DNA of 64,000 nt from Oopsacas minuta (Eukaryota; Animalia; Porifera), in assembly GCA_024704765.1 (NCBI GenBank), contig JAKMXF010000032.1:1-64000 (forward strand), in the 5' to 3' direction. The translations under genes were made by a program, and so were the position numbers. Below, one piece after another: positions 36,824 through 50,279 of this stretch. Every line of letters begins with the position of its first letter. Positions within the stretch are counted from its first letter, which is position 1. The notes under the pieces were generated by a model, which saw only the letters and a list, made by a program, of their open reading frames with translations, searched no databases and was not told the DNA's origin.

Positions 36824-37220
36824 TCACATCTGATTCGGATTATGTCTGCTTAAGAGGTTCGTATACAATGCAGACACGTTCTGCAGAGATGACAAGATGT
36901 CATCGTATTTTTCTTGGACGTCTCGAATGTCCTCCTCTAGCATGGTGATCCTTGCATCCTTATCAACTAATTGAGTTTCCAGCAAGGACACCTTTTCATT
37001 CAAAATGAAATTCTCTGCAATGCTAAGTTCTAATCTATTGTCAGTCATTGAATTCTTGCTCTCCAATTCTGAACATTTCTTTCGTATGTCCAAATTTTCC
37101 TCCTCTAATTGTGTGATTCGTGAATCAACACGGGAGAATGTCTCTCCAACATTTCTTGTCACCAAATCGGCGATTCTAGCAGACAAACTCTTGAGAGTGT
37201 CTTTGGGTAGCTTGAATCCT
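36824..37220 (-). CDS. Coiled-coil-rich exon or ORF of unknown origin
   Basis: Open frame with heptad pattern (RITQLEEENLDIRKKCSELESKN...), preceded on the minus strand by a pyrimidine-rich TTTTTGTACTTTAG acceptor-like site. Confidence 0.4.
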
Positions 37221-37577
37221 AAAGTACAAAAATCACCATATCTTCAGAGTAATAGCATTGTATACACGAAACCATGGCATGAACCTTTTCTAGAAAAGGG
37301 ATTGTGTAAATGAGTCGGGCATTATTAAATAGTTATATATTTCAGAAATGGATTGACGACAAGTGCTTGAATTCATGAAAGCAAATATTCGTTGAATGTG
37401 CCAAACAATTTGCATAATAACCAATTATTTGGCGAAATGGATCCCACATTGAGGCTTCTAAAAAGTTATAACTGTATCTGCAATTCTAATGCTGAAAGAC
37501 TTAATGTTTCAAAGGAATTTTATACAAAATATATATATATATATATATAGAGTGGTAAAGTTGGCACGTTCCTGAGT

Positions 37578-39916
37578 CACAGTAGTGAGCATGGAAAATA
37601 TATATTAGCCAAAACCTTAAAAACCTGACAACATTATATGATTATTGACAAATGATTCCTGCAATTGTGCTTTATACTCCGAGTGTCAATGCCCTTGTAA
37701 TTCATCAAAAATCAGATACCCGTTGACAATAAGTCAATCTGAATTTTAACAAAGTCTAAAGTGAAGTTAATCTGTTTCTGATATATATAAACCATCCAGT
37801 GAAAGATAACACTTTCTACCTATTCTTAGTCGAGAAAAGTCTTTTGGTGCCAATGGCTTAGTGTATTATAAATTTTGATTCAATGCTTCGAAAATTTCGC
37901 GAAAGAAATTATGAAGAACGTATACAGTGCAAAGTCGATTATTAGAACCATTTGTTCATCCTAAAGGTTCTGTTCGGTTCAAACGAGTAGGGATGATTGA
38001 GTTTCAATCCAATACAAAATCTATATAGTATTTCTATGGCAGATTTTGGATAGCCATTGGGTGAGTTATGACGACCTGGGCAATATATATATTCATATTG
38101 TATTGACTTATCCATGTACGGTGTCTCCATCTAATGTGGAGTTGCAGATTCACAAGTAAGATATTCCTGGAAAATTTGATAGGAAGCACACAGGGGTTGT
38201 TCGCTTTCAGTAGGGAAAATTTACATAATAAATCTTGTCAATGTATATAGTGAGAATGATGAGAAATATGCAGGCGTCTCCAAATCTACTATTGCTTTTT
38301 ATCTAAATCAAATTACATGAGTGTTGTACTATCTCAAAGTCTCACCAAATTATGTTAATATCCGGCCTTTGTGAATCATATTTTTGTTCACCTAACATAA
38401 ATTCCTATGAATATAATTTCAACCTTCAAAATACTATCAAACTTATACTGGGTAGTTCTAATGTTACTTTTTACAACTCTAGCCCAATTTAAGTGAATTT
38501 TCATTAACTTTCTCTACTTAAACTTTGTGATGATACAGCAAAATTATAGGTTACATAATACGAATAATGCGAAAGTATTTTGGTGTGAACAAAGGTTTCT
38601 CACAATTTCCCACACTATTCAGGATATTATCCTCATGACAGACTATCTAATGATACTATTCTATAAATATTTGTTCAGCTAAACTAAAATAATGTCAGCA
38701 GTCCATTCTATACCTTTGATTACTATGGTATGTAAAGCTAAATGTTACTACGTTGATGCAATGTTTAACTCAACTATTATTCACAAGTTCAATTCCATTC
38801 TCGAAGCCAGTTGTTCGTCAATTTGTAGATTCAAGAAATTCATTAGAGTAGTGACACTTTCAATTAGCTCTTTTGAAGATAGCAATGCGATTGGCTGGTT
38901 AGGGAATCTAGAAATTGGGTATTGATTAGGTAGATAAAATTTCCTTGACAATCTTTCAATACAAGAGGAGCAACCATAAACAAAGGAAAATGTGAACGAT
39001 CACGAGCTGTTTGAGATCTAAGATTAGATACACTGTGACTTCCCGACCCATCTACATCATGCTTAACTATAAAGTTGAGCGGGTACATTAGGGGTTCTTC
39101 AATAGATTGTAAAGAGTGTGATGATACATCCCAAGAGATTTATGTGGTCAATGTAGTTGACTATTACTCCAATTGGATTTGAGACTGATGGGTATAATTG
39201 GAATGGAGTTTCAGTACTTGTAACATAGTCCTGACGTTTAAGAACTATTTCTTCAAGATTATATTCGACTGATCGTGGTGCATTGTTTATCTAACCCGAG
39301 TACACGTCAAATGGTGGTTCTTCTTATCTTATGAGAACGTTGATAATTGGGAGTCGATTTCAAGTTTTTCTCCAATTATTCTACTTGCCAAATTGACATC
39401 TACTTTAGCATTTCGATTGCCCTCTTTAGTATCCAGAAATAGTTCACTTACTTTATGAAGTGTAAGTTAAATTTTGCAGCTTTATATCACTAAAATTTAT
39501 GTGAAACAATTTGATATACACTAATTTAGGGTTAAATATATATATTTATCTTGTAGTTGACCTAAAATAACACATTCCCATACAACATATCCGAATCACA
39601 ATAATATGCTTCATACAAGATTGGGATACGATTCTTCAATAACTAATGCGTTGCCTAGTTACGATATTCGTTATTGAAATATGATATTAGTTTGAATATC
39701 CTATATATTCATGGATTATACAAAACGAAAAATATTGAATATTTTTGGAAATTAAACATGATGTCATAATTTCCAAATGCTAAGTCATTCACAAAATCTG
39801 ACATGCAAAAAGAATTGTCTTTAGTTAAAATCCCAGTAGCTAAAATTCAGCGGACAATAATAACCATTGTTGAAGGTATAGCCTACTGAAATATTCACAC
39901 AAAATAACCCACTGTG
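37578..39916 (-). mobile_element. Internally deleted RAG1/Transib-like transposon with both RSS-like ends
   Basis: Left end CACAGTA, 23-bp spacer, GCCAAAACC; right end CACTGTG (39910-39916) whose reverse complement CACAGTGGGTTATTTTGTGTGAAT resembles the 17218 end; flanks TGAGT / GAAGT (3 of 5 match). Confidence 0.65.
38690..39660 (-). pseudogene. RAG1-like transposase, N-terminal/core fragment (copy 4)
   Basis: ISITNIVTRQRI (NBD-like); QLYPSVSNPIGVIVNYIDHI; MYPLNFIVKHDVDGSGSHS...RSHFPLFMVAPL; NQPIALLSSKE. Colinear with copy 2. Confidence 0.82.
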
Positions 39917-42191
39917 GAAGTATCTAATAGGTATTTGAGAGGATTTGCTTTGCTTTGATTTGGATTTGAGTCCTACATACAAAATAACGCGATATGGCTC
40001 TTACAGGTTCTTGAATCCATTCTGGTGCGAGAATAATAGGATCATCAATTAGAATAATCCACAATCAAATGTGTGCGAGTATATGCGTGCATAAATAAAT
40101 ATATATATAATGTTAAAGTACAAAAGCATTCGACCACTAACAGTATCTATACTAAGTACGTACATCAAACTAAATCTAATTACTCTGATGTATAAATATC
40201 TATTGGTTATAAAGCAGAGAATAAGCGTGAACAAGATTCATCTATGTAGATTGACGGATATCGAAGTATCAGAACATCTCAGTTACAAGGGTGAATAATA
40301 ATATAACAAAATATTTGCAATTCTGAATTGTTCGAATACTTTTGTCCTTTAACTGTATATGCTATACTCCAATCGGACAAAAGTATTTGAAAACTGGCAT
40401 TTGTGTCACATATTTCACAAGTGGCAGAGACACTGGTATATAAAGTAAGCAAGTGTCAATTTGTAGTAGATTCATACTTTCAACGGCTATTTTTGGGTAA
40501 TCGAATATGCTGAGTCCAAATATGATACGTATTGTAAACAAAATTTCACAAATATTTGTTTTGATAATATCACACAGGTACACTTTCGCCTGATTAATGA
40601 ATTGCATATTTGTAGAACAACATATTATCAACTATAATATGGTAAAAAATTCAGGAATGTGCCAAAATATGTGACTAGTAAGCATTTGTTAGCTCATATA
40701 TGCTTTGTAAAACATTAAATTTACATTTTTCCGTTCAAGGTGAATACATGAAATGTTCAATAGATTTATTTATAAAAAACCCAAAATTTGAAATACAAAA
40801 GTCGGTTCGTTCTTGAGTAAAGGAGAGACCAGAGATGACACACTTTTATGAATATTGGATAAAAATAAATTTAATAGCCAAATCATCCGCCAATGTATAG
40901 TGTGTACACGACTTCCAATACTCGAATAATGCATTCCGATATGATTTCTCTAACGACTAGGACACAATCATGGGAAATTTCCATATAGTATGGTCATATT
41001 ATTATTATTACGTCATTATTATGGGAGAAGATATCATATCAGAATGTATTAATGGTGTATGGAAAGCCAGCTATACACTACACAGCAGGGCCGTCGCCAT
41101 GAAAATATAAATGGTCCAGTTGAATAGAGCATAAACAAGACAAAGTGGTCAGTTTAACTTGTACAACTGGAACAGTTGGTGAATTATTGGAAAATTTGGT
41201 AGCAATACGGTCTGGTTAAAACGTGACAAACCGAGCAGATGGCTACGGGCATGATATGTTATATGATAGTGTGACTCTAGGAAGGACTAGAATTCTAAGT
41301 GAATGAAATTTATAAATATTCTTCCAGAGGTGGGTTAAAAGTATACCCAAAACGCCATAAGGATCTAAATCGATCTCTGATTGTAGTTACGTGTTGGAGA
41401 TCAGGTAAATACTAGGTCGGAATATGATCATACGTATGTCGCAAAGAAATACAAGAAATATTTGTTAACTTGAGCTCACTAAATTACTATGCTCGGAACT
41501 GGATGAATACCGTGTATTAACAGTTAGATGAAACCCGACCATAACTTTGTCAACCTGACTAAGTGGTCAGGTTGACCTATTAAGCTCAACGAGTGGTGCT
41601 ACATTGGGGAAATTCAGTAAACCAAAGTGTTTAGGTTCAAATCTGACCAACTTTACCAGTGGCTGAACCCTGTACATAGGCAAGATGATTTGGCTATTAA
41701 CATCATAGATTGGTGAGTTATAGATGAATTTTTGACAAAAACGTGCTTCCATTGTCAAAGAATAAACATAGGATCGTGAGAACACTTTTCAAGCAATTTT
41801 TGTATTTTATGTACAACAATAACTTCAGATAATTGGAATTTTACTCTGGATTCGTGACTGCAATATTTATCATCTAACAAAATTTCAAATTTGGGACATT
41901 TTTGAAGATATATTTGTTTATAAACTACCCAGATCACATCATTTGCTCCATAAAATATTGGGGATTGTACATTGTGTATTATTATCTTTCAATAATACAC
42001 TCCTTAGAGTAAAATGTTCCAGTGATAATATCGAAACTAATAGAATTCTGATCTGATTACACTTTACTTCATCTTAACACTGGTTAAAGTGGTGAAATGG
42101 CATTAGGTTTAGTACGCTAAATTTCAGACATCAGGTAGATCCAGAGGAAATAAACACCATATCATAATGTGAAAAGCCTACGTTCTGATAT

Positions 42192-42624
42192 CAGGATTGT
42201 AGTTTAACCGGTTAAATAGGTTTAGCTCGGGCCAGTGGGTAAAATCCGGTTGAAATCGGGTTTTACTTGTTTAACTCGGGTTTAACCAGAGTAATCAAAC
42301 AATTGAAGTGTATTTCCCCATATTGGAAACTCAATTTTAATATAAGTAAATACATATATATATATAAATATATATTTGGAATGAAAGCTAAAATTGCTAT
42401 TAAATAACATCTGGTTTAAGTAAAATGTACGATTACAGATCATTCTTTATGAAGACTTTGAATATTTACTGTGTTCACAATATAATCAAATTATAGCCTG
42501 GAAATCCTAAATTAAAGTCAGAAACACAGTTTAGCTAACTTACCCAATTTAATGAGGTTGCACAGTGTAATACCCAGTTTTTACCATGGTTTAAACCGAG
42601 GGTGGGTTAAACTAGCCAACCCTG
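42192..42624. mobile_element. hAT MITE
   Basis: CAGGATTG ... CAACCCTG ends; perfect 8-bp TSD TCTGATAT. Confidence 0.88.
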
Positions 42625-44094
42625 TCTGATATGTCAATCTTTGACCACTATATAGGTTTGAAGAATATTCAATCTAGAATTATCTATATCCCAATTCAAT
42701 AACTATACCCCAAAAATGTACCCTTGTGCCAATATTCATTCAATCGGACAGACAGATTATCCAGAACCTCGTGGACTGACATACGGACTTCATACAACGT
42801 CCATGCAATTAGGGCATCTTTCTATAGAAGTTGTACAAACTAAGAAATCATTTTCAACCATGGAAGTATTTAGGAGCGCTTGGCACTCATCCAGGGGATA
42901 TAGATGGGAAGAAAATATATTTAGGAGAGTTTAAAAATATGTGTCTCCTTGCTCAATAGAGTAATATAAAATTTCGTGATGATTATAGTATAAACTCTCT
43001 AACATGGAGCATTAGCAGCTTGCGAAAGAAACTGTAGAGTAACACGAATAAAAATTTCACAAATATTGGATAAATAAAGTTGCAAAATAATCTAAATTAT
43101 CAAATTATCCCTTGTAGAATTTATTTCCACGAGTTAAAATTGGTTTATCTAGATATTGAGCTAATAAAATATTGGGCATCGAAGGTCAACCAAAATATTG
43201 ATATGAAATAAAGTTTGATGCCATATTCTGAGTAGAAATTCATGAATAACACTCAATCAATATTTTCTAATCATTTACTACATCCCAGCTGAACAATTTG
43301 CAGCGGTATAGTGAGAGAAGCACCGCTTGCCACTTTAACTTGATTAATTGTGTTGTATTTATATAATGTACATTAGTTTTTGGAGTTGCCTGCCTTTCGT
43401 ACTCTAGTAAACTCTGCTTAATAGCTTTATATCTGCGCCAAGCCATTTTCACCCGATTAAGCGGATTAAACGTGTTGGTCCGGTTACCTTGAGTTATTAA
43501 CATAGTATTGTACTGTTGATCGCCAAGTGGCCCTATTAACTGTGATGAAGCATATTCTGGACCATAATAACAATGGGGAACTTGGACTGTGCCCAGTGCT
43601 GCCAAGTATGTATCCGTAAATTTAAGTGGTCTAGGTAAATTGACAGCTATCTACGTGTCTACGTATGAAGACACATTTCTACGTATTTCCAGCGAATTAC
43701 ATATAGGTATAATACTTTTGTTAACGATGAAGGTCAATATACAAAATTCGTCATCATTTGTTAATACCCCGGAAATGTACGAGTTATTTTCTCAAAGTAT
43801 GTACGACTATAAAAATAGTTTGATAGTTTATTGCATGCTGATAGTGATTATAGCATATTGTTTACAAACGCGAAAGCGTCCATAAGTCTACATTTTAATG
43901 TTTAAAATAAAAAGTTATTAGCTAACGGGATTTGTAGATGCAAATTAAGACCTGTTGGGGGTCATCAAGGGATTTTAAAATGCTCCAAAAAATAGGATTT
44001 CTCCGTAGAATTTTCGGCTAATTACCATAAATTTTTCAAAATCGCTTGACAGCACTTGCTGTGCCCCAGGGCCCTTCAAAATTTATGGCCCCTC

Positions 44095-46700
44095 CACTGG
44101 CATAGCCAGCACCTCCCGGGTGGGCAACTTTCCCACCCGGAGCAACAAAAGTGAAGAAATTGAAGGATAAAAGACACTACTCGAAATTTGGAATATATGA
44201 GGTACTTAGACCAATGGCAGTTTCGATTCTATTTATAGAGAGTATTAGGCATTGCGCTTCTTTTATAAAATCTTTATCGCTGGAAGAATATCTGGCTTTG
44301 TGATAATGTTTTTCAATACTTACAGCTAAGCGGGCGGGAATTTTGCACATCGCTTGTTTAACATTTAGGCCAATACGTAGTATACTTTGATTCACATAAC
44401 TATCTTAAAGTTTTTCAGTGACCAAATTACATTATAACCTTGATGGCCAGCTACAATATGTCAAGCAAAGAAAATTCAGAATGTAGTTTTTGTGGTGCCA
44501 TAATGAGGATTGATAATTTTGATAAACATAACAAGAAATAACATATAGGGTTACCAGTTAGGGAGAAAGTTCCCAAGGGCTCCACAGATATGGCATCTGC
44601 AGTTTCTAGTACAAAGCGATCAAGGCTAGAAGAGACTGAGAACACAGACATGCAAGATAAGGTTGGTCCAAATCACGATGGTAATGAAAGTGAAAGAATT
44701 GACGAAGAAGATTCGACCTCGAGATTTTCCTATAGCAAATCCCATCTATGCCTACTGGCATTGCTGCCCCTCCTTTGGGGATACTCCTTCAGTTCCAAGA
44801 GGACTAACCTCAAGTCGATGCAAAAGGTACTATAGATGGGAATAGGAGGTGGTTTAGAAAGTGGAATTGGAACAGCTGGCAATATTAAAGGAGGTGGTGG
44901 TGAACCATCAATTTCCAATCATCATCATTCTGTTACATCTCCAGCAATTAACACGTCTACCCTCATTTTCGGTATGACACATCCATTTGTAACTGATCCT
45001 GCTCATTATATCGACAAATCAATGACACCACAAATGTGTGAGATACTACTGGATGAAGGACCTAGTCAGCCAGGCTTAAATGAAGAATATGACTTACAGA
45101 AAAACGAAAATGGGCGCCGATTCTTGCGACAGAGGTACAAACCTGAAATTCAAAAAGGAATGCGATCTTACCTAAATTGGCTGGTACACTCACCCATTAA
45201 TGACAGAGCATATTGCTTCCAAAGTTGGCAATTTTGAATAAAAGCCGTCCAGACTATGAATCAAACTTCTGTGAACCAAAATTTTGTTATAATAGATGGG
45301 GAATGCAACTATAAACTTCGCACATGATGAAGGATGTAAAGTACATAAAGATGCGTCAAGCTACTGCTAGAAACCAAGCAAAGCCTAAAGCTGGGAAACT
45401 TGGTGAATGTAGAACAACAGAGCTCACGAAATACAAGCTGCTAAAAACCGGAAGGTTCTATGTTGTTTAATAGATGCTTCTCTCTTCCTGGACAAACAGA
45501 ACATCGCATTCAGGGGCCATCATGAGTGCATTGATCATGCTTGCGGTACATGTACCATGGACGCATTATTGGGATAGTTCCAAATGATGGTATTTTTGGG
45601 AACTAATAAGACTTCAATCCAATTATGATAGTGCTTTAGTTCGACGTTTAGCAATTGCACAAAAGAATGCAAGCTACTTAAGCCCAACAAATTAAAATGA
45701 GTTTATACACGCGATTGCACGGGTGATAGCAATAAAAATTGTTGCTGAGGTGAAAAATGCACGTTACTTTGGAGTAATCATAGACTCGACAATAGATATT
45801 TCGTACACAAATCAACTGTCCTTCTGCAAAGGTAGGTAGATGAGGACTTCGTCATACAGGAATGTTTTCTTCTCTCCACAGATATCACTAAATCTGATTC
45901 AGAATCAGTTTTCACTATCCTTAGGGATTTTGACAAATTTGGGACTAGAACTCAACTAATCATCAGTCAATCGTACGGTGGAGCAGCCAATATAAGTTGC
46001 AAATATCAGGATTATATACTGAGACTCGAGTTTACAAGAAAATGAGTATGCACAGTTTGTCCATTGCTGTGCACATAATTTAAATCTCGTTTTGAGTGAC
46101 GCTTGTGGAGAATGCACGGAAGTTGTTACTTTTGTTGGTACAACACAAAATTGTACAATTGTTAACCAAAGGTTAGCTTCGGCACAGTACCTTAGAGGAG
46201 GCTTTGGACTAACTAGGACTCCCTACTAAAAGCCTTCAGAGACAGTGTGAAACTAGATGGTATTGTAAGTATGATGCTGTGAGATCGAAAAAAACAAATC
46301 CTGGTCTCTGCTAGCTTGAGAGATTATCTGAGAATCAACACGCAATACTGAAACACAAGCAGAGAGTTGAGCCCTTTTGGGTTTTATCGGCAAAATATAA
46401 TTTGTGCTGATGCAAGAAATCTGGATGGAGATATCAATAGAAGTCAAAAATCTTTAGGGACTCCTACAGCGCAAGGCTATGGATTTAGTTACAGCAAGTG
46501 TGGAAGTTAGATCTGCTTTACAAACCTCGTAGGATAATAGAACAGATCAACATTTTAAGATTCTGCTAGTTCCTGTACTAAAAATTGCGAAGAAGAGGAT
46601 GTTGAAAAGAAATTAAAGTCCCGAGAACCACAAAAAAGAAGAAGATGCCTCGTGAAGTTGCTAGTGATCAGCCAATTAGTGATACAGAGGATAGATTTAA
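44095..46700 (+). mobile_element. Degenerate hAT (ZMYM1-like) element
   Basis: CACTGGCATAGCCAG left-end-like sequence; WLVHSPINDRAYCFQ, QNIAFRGH, DSTIDIS, VHCCAHNLNLVL fragments. Right end not identified. Confidence 0.75.
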
Positions 46701-47113
46701 GGAAAAGGGAAGTCAGCTAAATAATATATTGGCTGTCCTGAATTTACCATAATTGTTGGGTATCGAGTTACAAAGGATATTAACAAAACATACGACATCC
46801 ATGGTCTGTGGGATACCAGAGAAAAGGTCAACTTTAACATGACAAATTTTATATATTGTACAAAAACAGTTTTTAGAACACTTGGAATTTCAACATTTTG
46901 AACATAGATTAATGATTAACGTTCTACATTGTTTCAAAGTTTGAGCATCATGCTTTTATGAATTCGTACATTTTCATAATACAGATATTCGCGTGGAAAC
47001 GTACCAATTTCATATTAACGATTAAAGAATTCCCATCAAATTATATCCACTTCCTCTCATGCATGATCCAAGGTAGTGGTCAGGGCTTATCACTAGTAGG
47101 CTATGGGTTAGGG

Positions 47114-47255
47114 CAGTGGTTCTCAATCTGGGGTCCGTGGCCCATAGGGGGTCCGCAGCCCTAAAATGTTTTCGTTATGTTTATTAACAGGGGTCCGCGG
47201 ACCCCATAAAATGGACCAAAAAGGTCCGCGGAAGAAAAAAGGTTGAGAACCAGTG
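47114..47255. mobile_element. hAT (Charlie-like) MITE
   Basis: CAGTGGTTCTCAA ... TTGAGAACCAGTG; perfect 8-bp TSD GGTTAGGG. Confidence 0.9.
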
Positions 47256-47440
47256 GGTTAGGGTTTACGTATATACCTGTGAGTCGTTTTGGAATCTAGG
47301 AACGTAAAGAATTATTTCATTAGACCATGGTTTCGCTGTAGAGAGGCATTTTTCAGGAACGCAACCCCTCGACGAACGGCGAGAACTGTGTATTTTCCCC
47401 CCCAAAATCCTGTTTGTTAAATAATAATACCAGTAACTTT

Positions 47441-47507
47441 TTAACGACAAAAGATCAATCCCAAACAAGATTGAAATTCTTGTTTGGGACTGATCTTTTG
47501 TCGTTAA
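47441..47507. repeat. 30-bp-arm palindrome (1 mismatch, 7-nt loop)
   Basis: TTAACGACAAAAGATCAATCCCAAACAAGA-TTGAAAT-TCTTGTTTGGGACTGATCTTTTGTCGTTAA. Confidence 0.9.
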
Positions 47508-47509
47508 GT

Positions 47510-49833
47510 TTGGCGGGCCACATGGACCAATTGATAAAGTTCAGATTTCTTTAGAGAAAATTTGTTGGAATATCCAAGTGGAAATGCTACAGAAAGGGAA
47601 CACATATATGAAATATTGGCAGACTACAGTAAATGATCAAAAATACTAACAAATAAGAAACCCGAATACTGAATATACCAGCACTAATATGAGTACAGAC
47701 AATGATTTATTACTTTGACATGGATGACGATTGATGACGCATATGTCTGACTATATGGTCGATGTTTTGTTCCATATCCGTAGTAGCTATTCTTAATGTA
47801 TCTTCGGGATGTTTATCAATTATAACAGTTCTGCATTTGCTTCTACTAGCTTTATTTGTGAGAACAGTTGTTGACATATGTATGTGCCCTAATAAACAAG
47901 CCATTATCTTACAATGCTTGATAAGATTGGGATAATCTGATGATGATAAATACTTTTGATAAAAGTCCATCAGTGTGACATCATTGAATTTTGCTTTCAA
48001 GTCCTGGTTACATTGCATGTCAACCAATTCTAGCCAGAGATGCTCGGGGAGTTCAATAGGTTCTAAAGAGAAAGGATTTGAAAATATAGCGAAGTTTACA
48101 ATATTGCTACCAAGATCTTTAATCTATTCTCGAATTCTTTGCGCAGGTAATTGATTTCGATTGCGTATACACCTGTATCTAGAGGGGAATGTTTAGATAA
48201 GGTTTCAAAGTGATAAAGATTCCCTTCAATTAATTGTTTTCCAACATCTTGAGCTTTCTTTCAAAAGCGCAAATGAAGTCAAACAAATTGTAAACAAGCA
48301 AATATTTTCCTTGTAATTTTCAGTTGAGGTTTTCCAAATATTGAGTGACATCGACCAAAATGCCAGCTCACACAACCATAATGGATCATTGAGATGAAAA
48401 ACGGGTTTTCCCTTCTCCTCCATAAAATGAAATACTTCTTTGAGTTCATAAAAACGTCGAATCATCGCACCCCTACCTAACCATCGTACTTCCGTACAGA
48501 AAAATGATCTTCATATTGAGAATCCAATTCGCCCAAAAGTTTTCGAAATTGTCGATGATTGAGTCCTCGAGCACGAATGAAGTTGATAGTTTTCACTACT
48601 ATTTCCATTACACTCTGCATTCTTAATGACTTTGAACAGAGACTTTTCTGGTGAAATATACAATGCCACTTTGACTAATTTCATAGTACTATTTCCTGAA
48701 TTGATCCGTTCTTTCTCCAGAGGAACAACAAAGCCCTTTTCCCTCCCAATCATTGATGGTGCACCATTTGTCGTTACCCTACATAGTTATTCAACCTAAG
48801 TCCGAAAGTATCAATTCCATTCCGCTTTATAAATATCAACTACAGTTATTTTATCGTGAAGGCTGTGTAAGTTCGCTAAATCTTCTGTAAAATTAAACTT
48901 CGAATCGATACCCCTTACAAAAACAGCAGTTGGACAGTACCAGTGGCATCTGTGCTCTCATCAAGGGCAAGAGAATAGCACTCGAACTCACTCGCATGTT
49001 TTTCTAAAGTAAGTTTAAGTCTGTTGATAAATTCTCTATCCTTCGGCTAATTGTCATTCTGGAAAGGCTAATATTTCCAAATTACTTCTGTTTGTCTGGG
49101 CACATAATTTGCGCCAATGTAATTACACACTCCTCGATAATTCACAATCAGTAAATGGCTAATATTTCAGTGCTATAAGTTTGCATATGGCAAAACTTGC
49201 ACGAACAGCTTATTCTGACTGAGAATTAGTATTTGTGAAAATATTTTGCTGTACCGAAAGTTCCTTTATAAATGATTGTACTCTATCCTTCCGTATCTGC
49301 CCTGAGCATGCTTTGTAATCTTGATGATTAGCACTATAGTATCTTTGGATGTTGTACTCTTTCATCACTGCGATGACCTGCTTGCATATTAAGCAAGTTG
49401 GTTTGTTTTTAAAGTTGGTAAAAGTATTTCTCGGTCCAGCTGTCGTTGAAATTTCTACTCTCGATATCAACTTTCCTATTCTTAGAACAAGGCTCCATTA
49501 ATATAAATGATATATATATATTCTACAGGCAATTTAGGAGATGAGTAAACGCAGTATCTGAATTTCAATTATAAGCTTAGAATTATACTAGTGTATATTT
49601 ATACACCGCTAAGGATTATTATTACTAAACCCATGCACCTGTCGTGTATTGAAAATGAATAAGAAACCTTCAAAGGTCAAATACATTGAAATTCGACACC
49701 CAGTAGGAATGTGATCGAAATGTGGTCTAGGAATTGTTCATGAAGAAATAGTATATATCACAAAGTGCAAAAGTCTTAGTACGTGCTTGCGCGGGCCGGA
49801 TCTGGCCCGCGGGGTGTATGTTGGGCACCCTTG
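47510..49833 (-). mobile_element. Second Buster/GTF2IRD2-like hAT family, degenerate
   Basis: 5' end CAAGGGTGCCCAACATA at 49833; [55 protein letters not shown] fragments. Confidence 0.85.
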
Positions 49834-50279
49834 ATCTATGAAGTAACCAAAATTCTATTTAATTAGGTGCAACCTATATATTACTAGTTGGGGGGCAATT
49901 CCGAATATGATAAGGAAAGGGGGAGCCCTCTCCTTGTAAAAAGAGGATATCCATAGGTTGAGGCTATCTTTTTTGGAACTAACACGGAATAAAATGTGCA
50001 AAATCACACTAACAGCAACTTAAAATCTACAAATAGAGCATTTCCATTACCGAAAAAGGCCGAAGTATCACAATCGTAACAATAACCAATACCAACCTTT
50101 AACCCAGAATAATCATTAATTTCATGGTCTATTTTCACAATTCGGCCTTTCCTTGGAGTGGGAATTCAGGAATTTTGCCGGATGTATTCGGTTAATTACA
50201 ATATTCATGGTATGGAGTAGGAAACGTCTATTGCTAGAGAGCATGTATTCGGTGCAGTAGTATCATTCTATAATGACCT

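Noticed and set aside
37942-38130. ORF with YIYCPGRH resembling the RAG2 PHD motif MIYCSHG
   Set aside because: No other PHD Cys/His ligands, and it is on the same strand as RAG1L rather than convergent; probably chance.
39033-39039. CACTGTG heptamer
   Set aside because: Lies inside the RAG1-like coding sequence (SHS codons); not a terminus.
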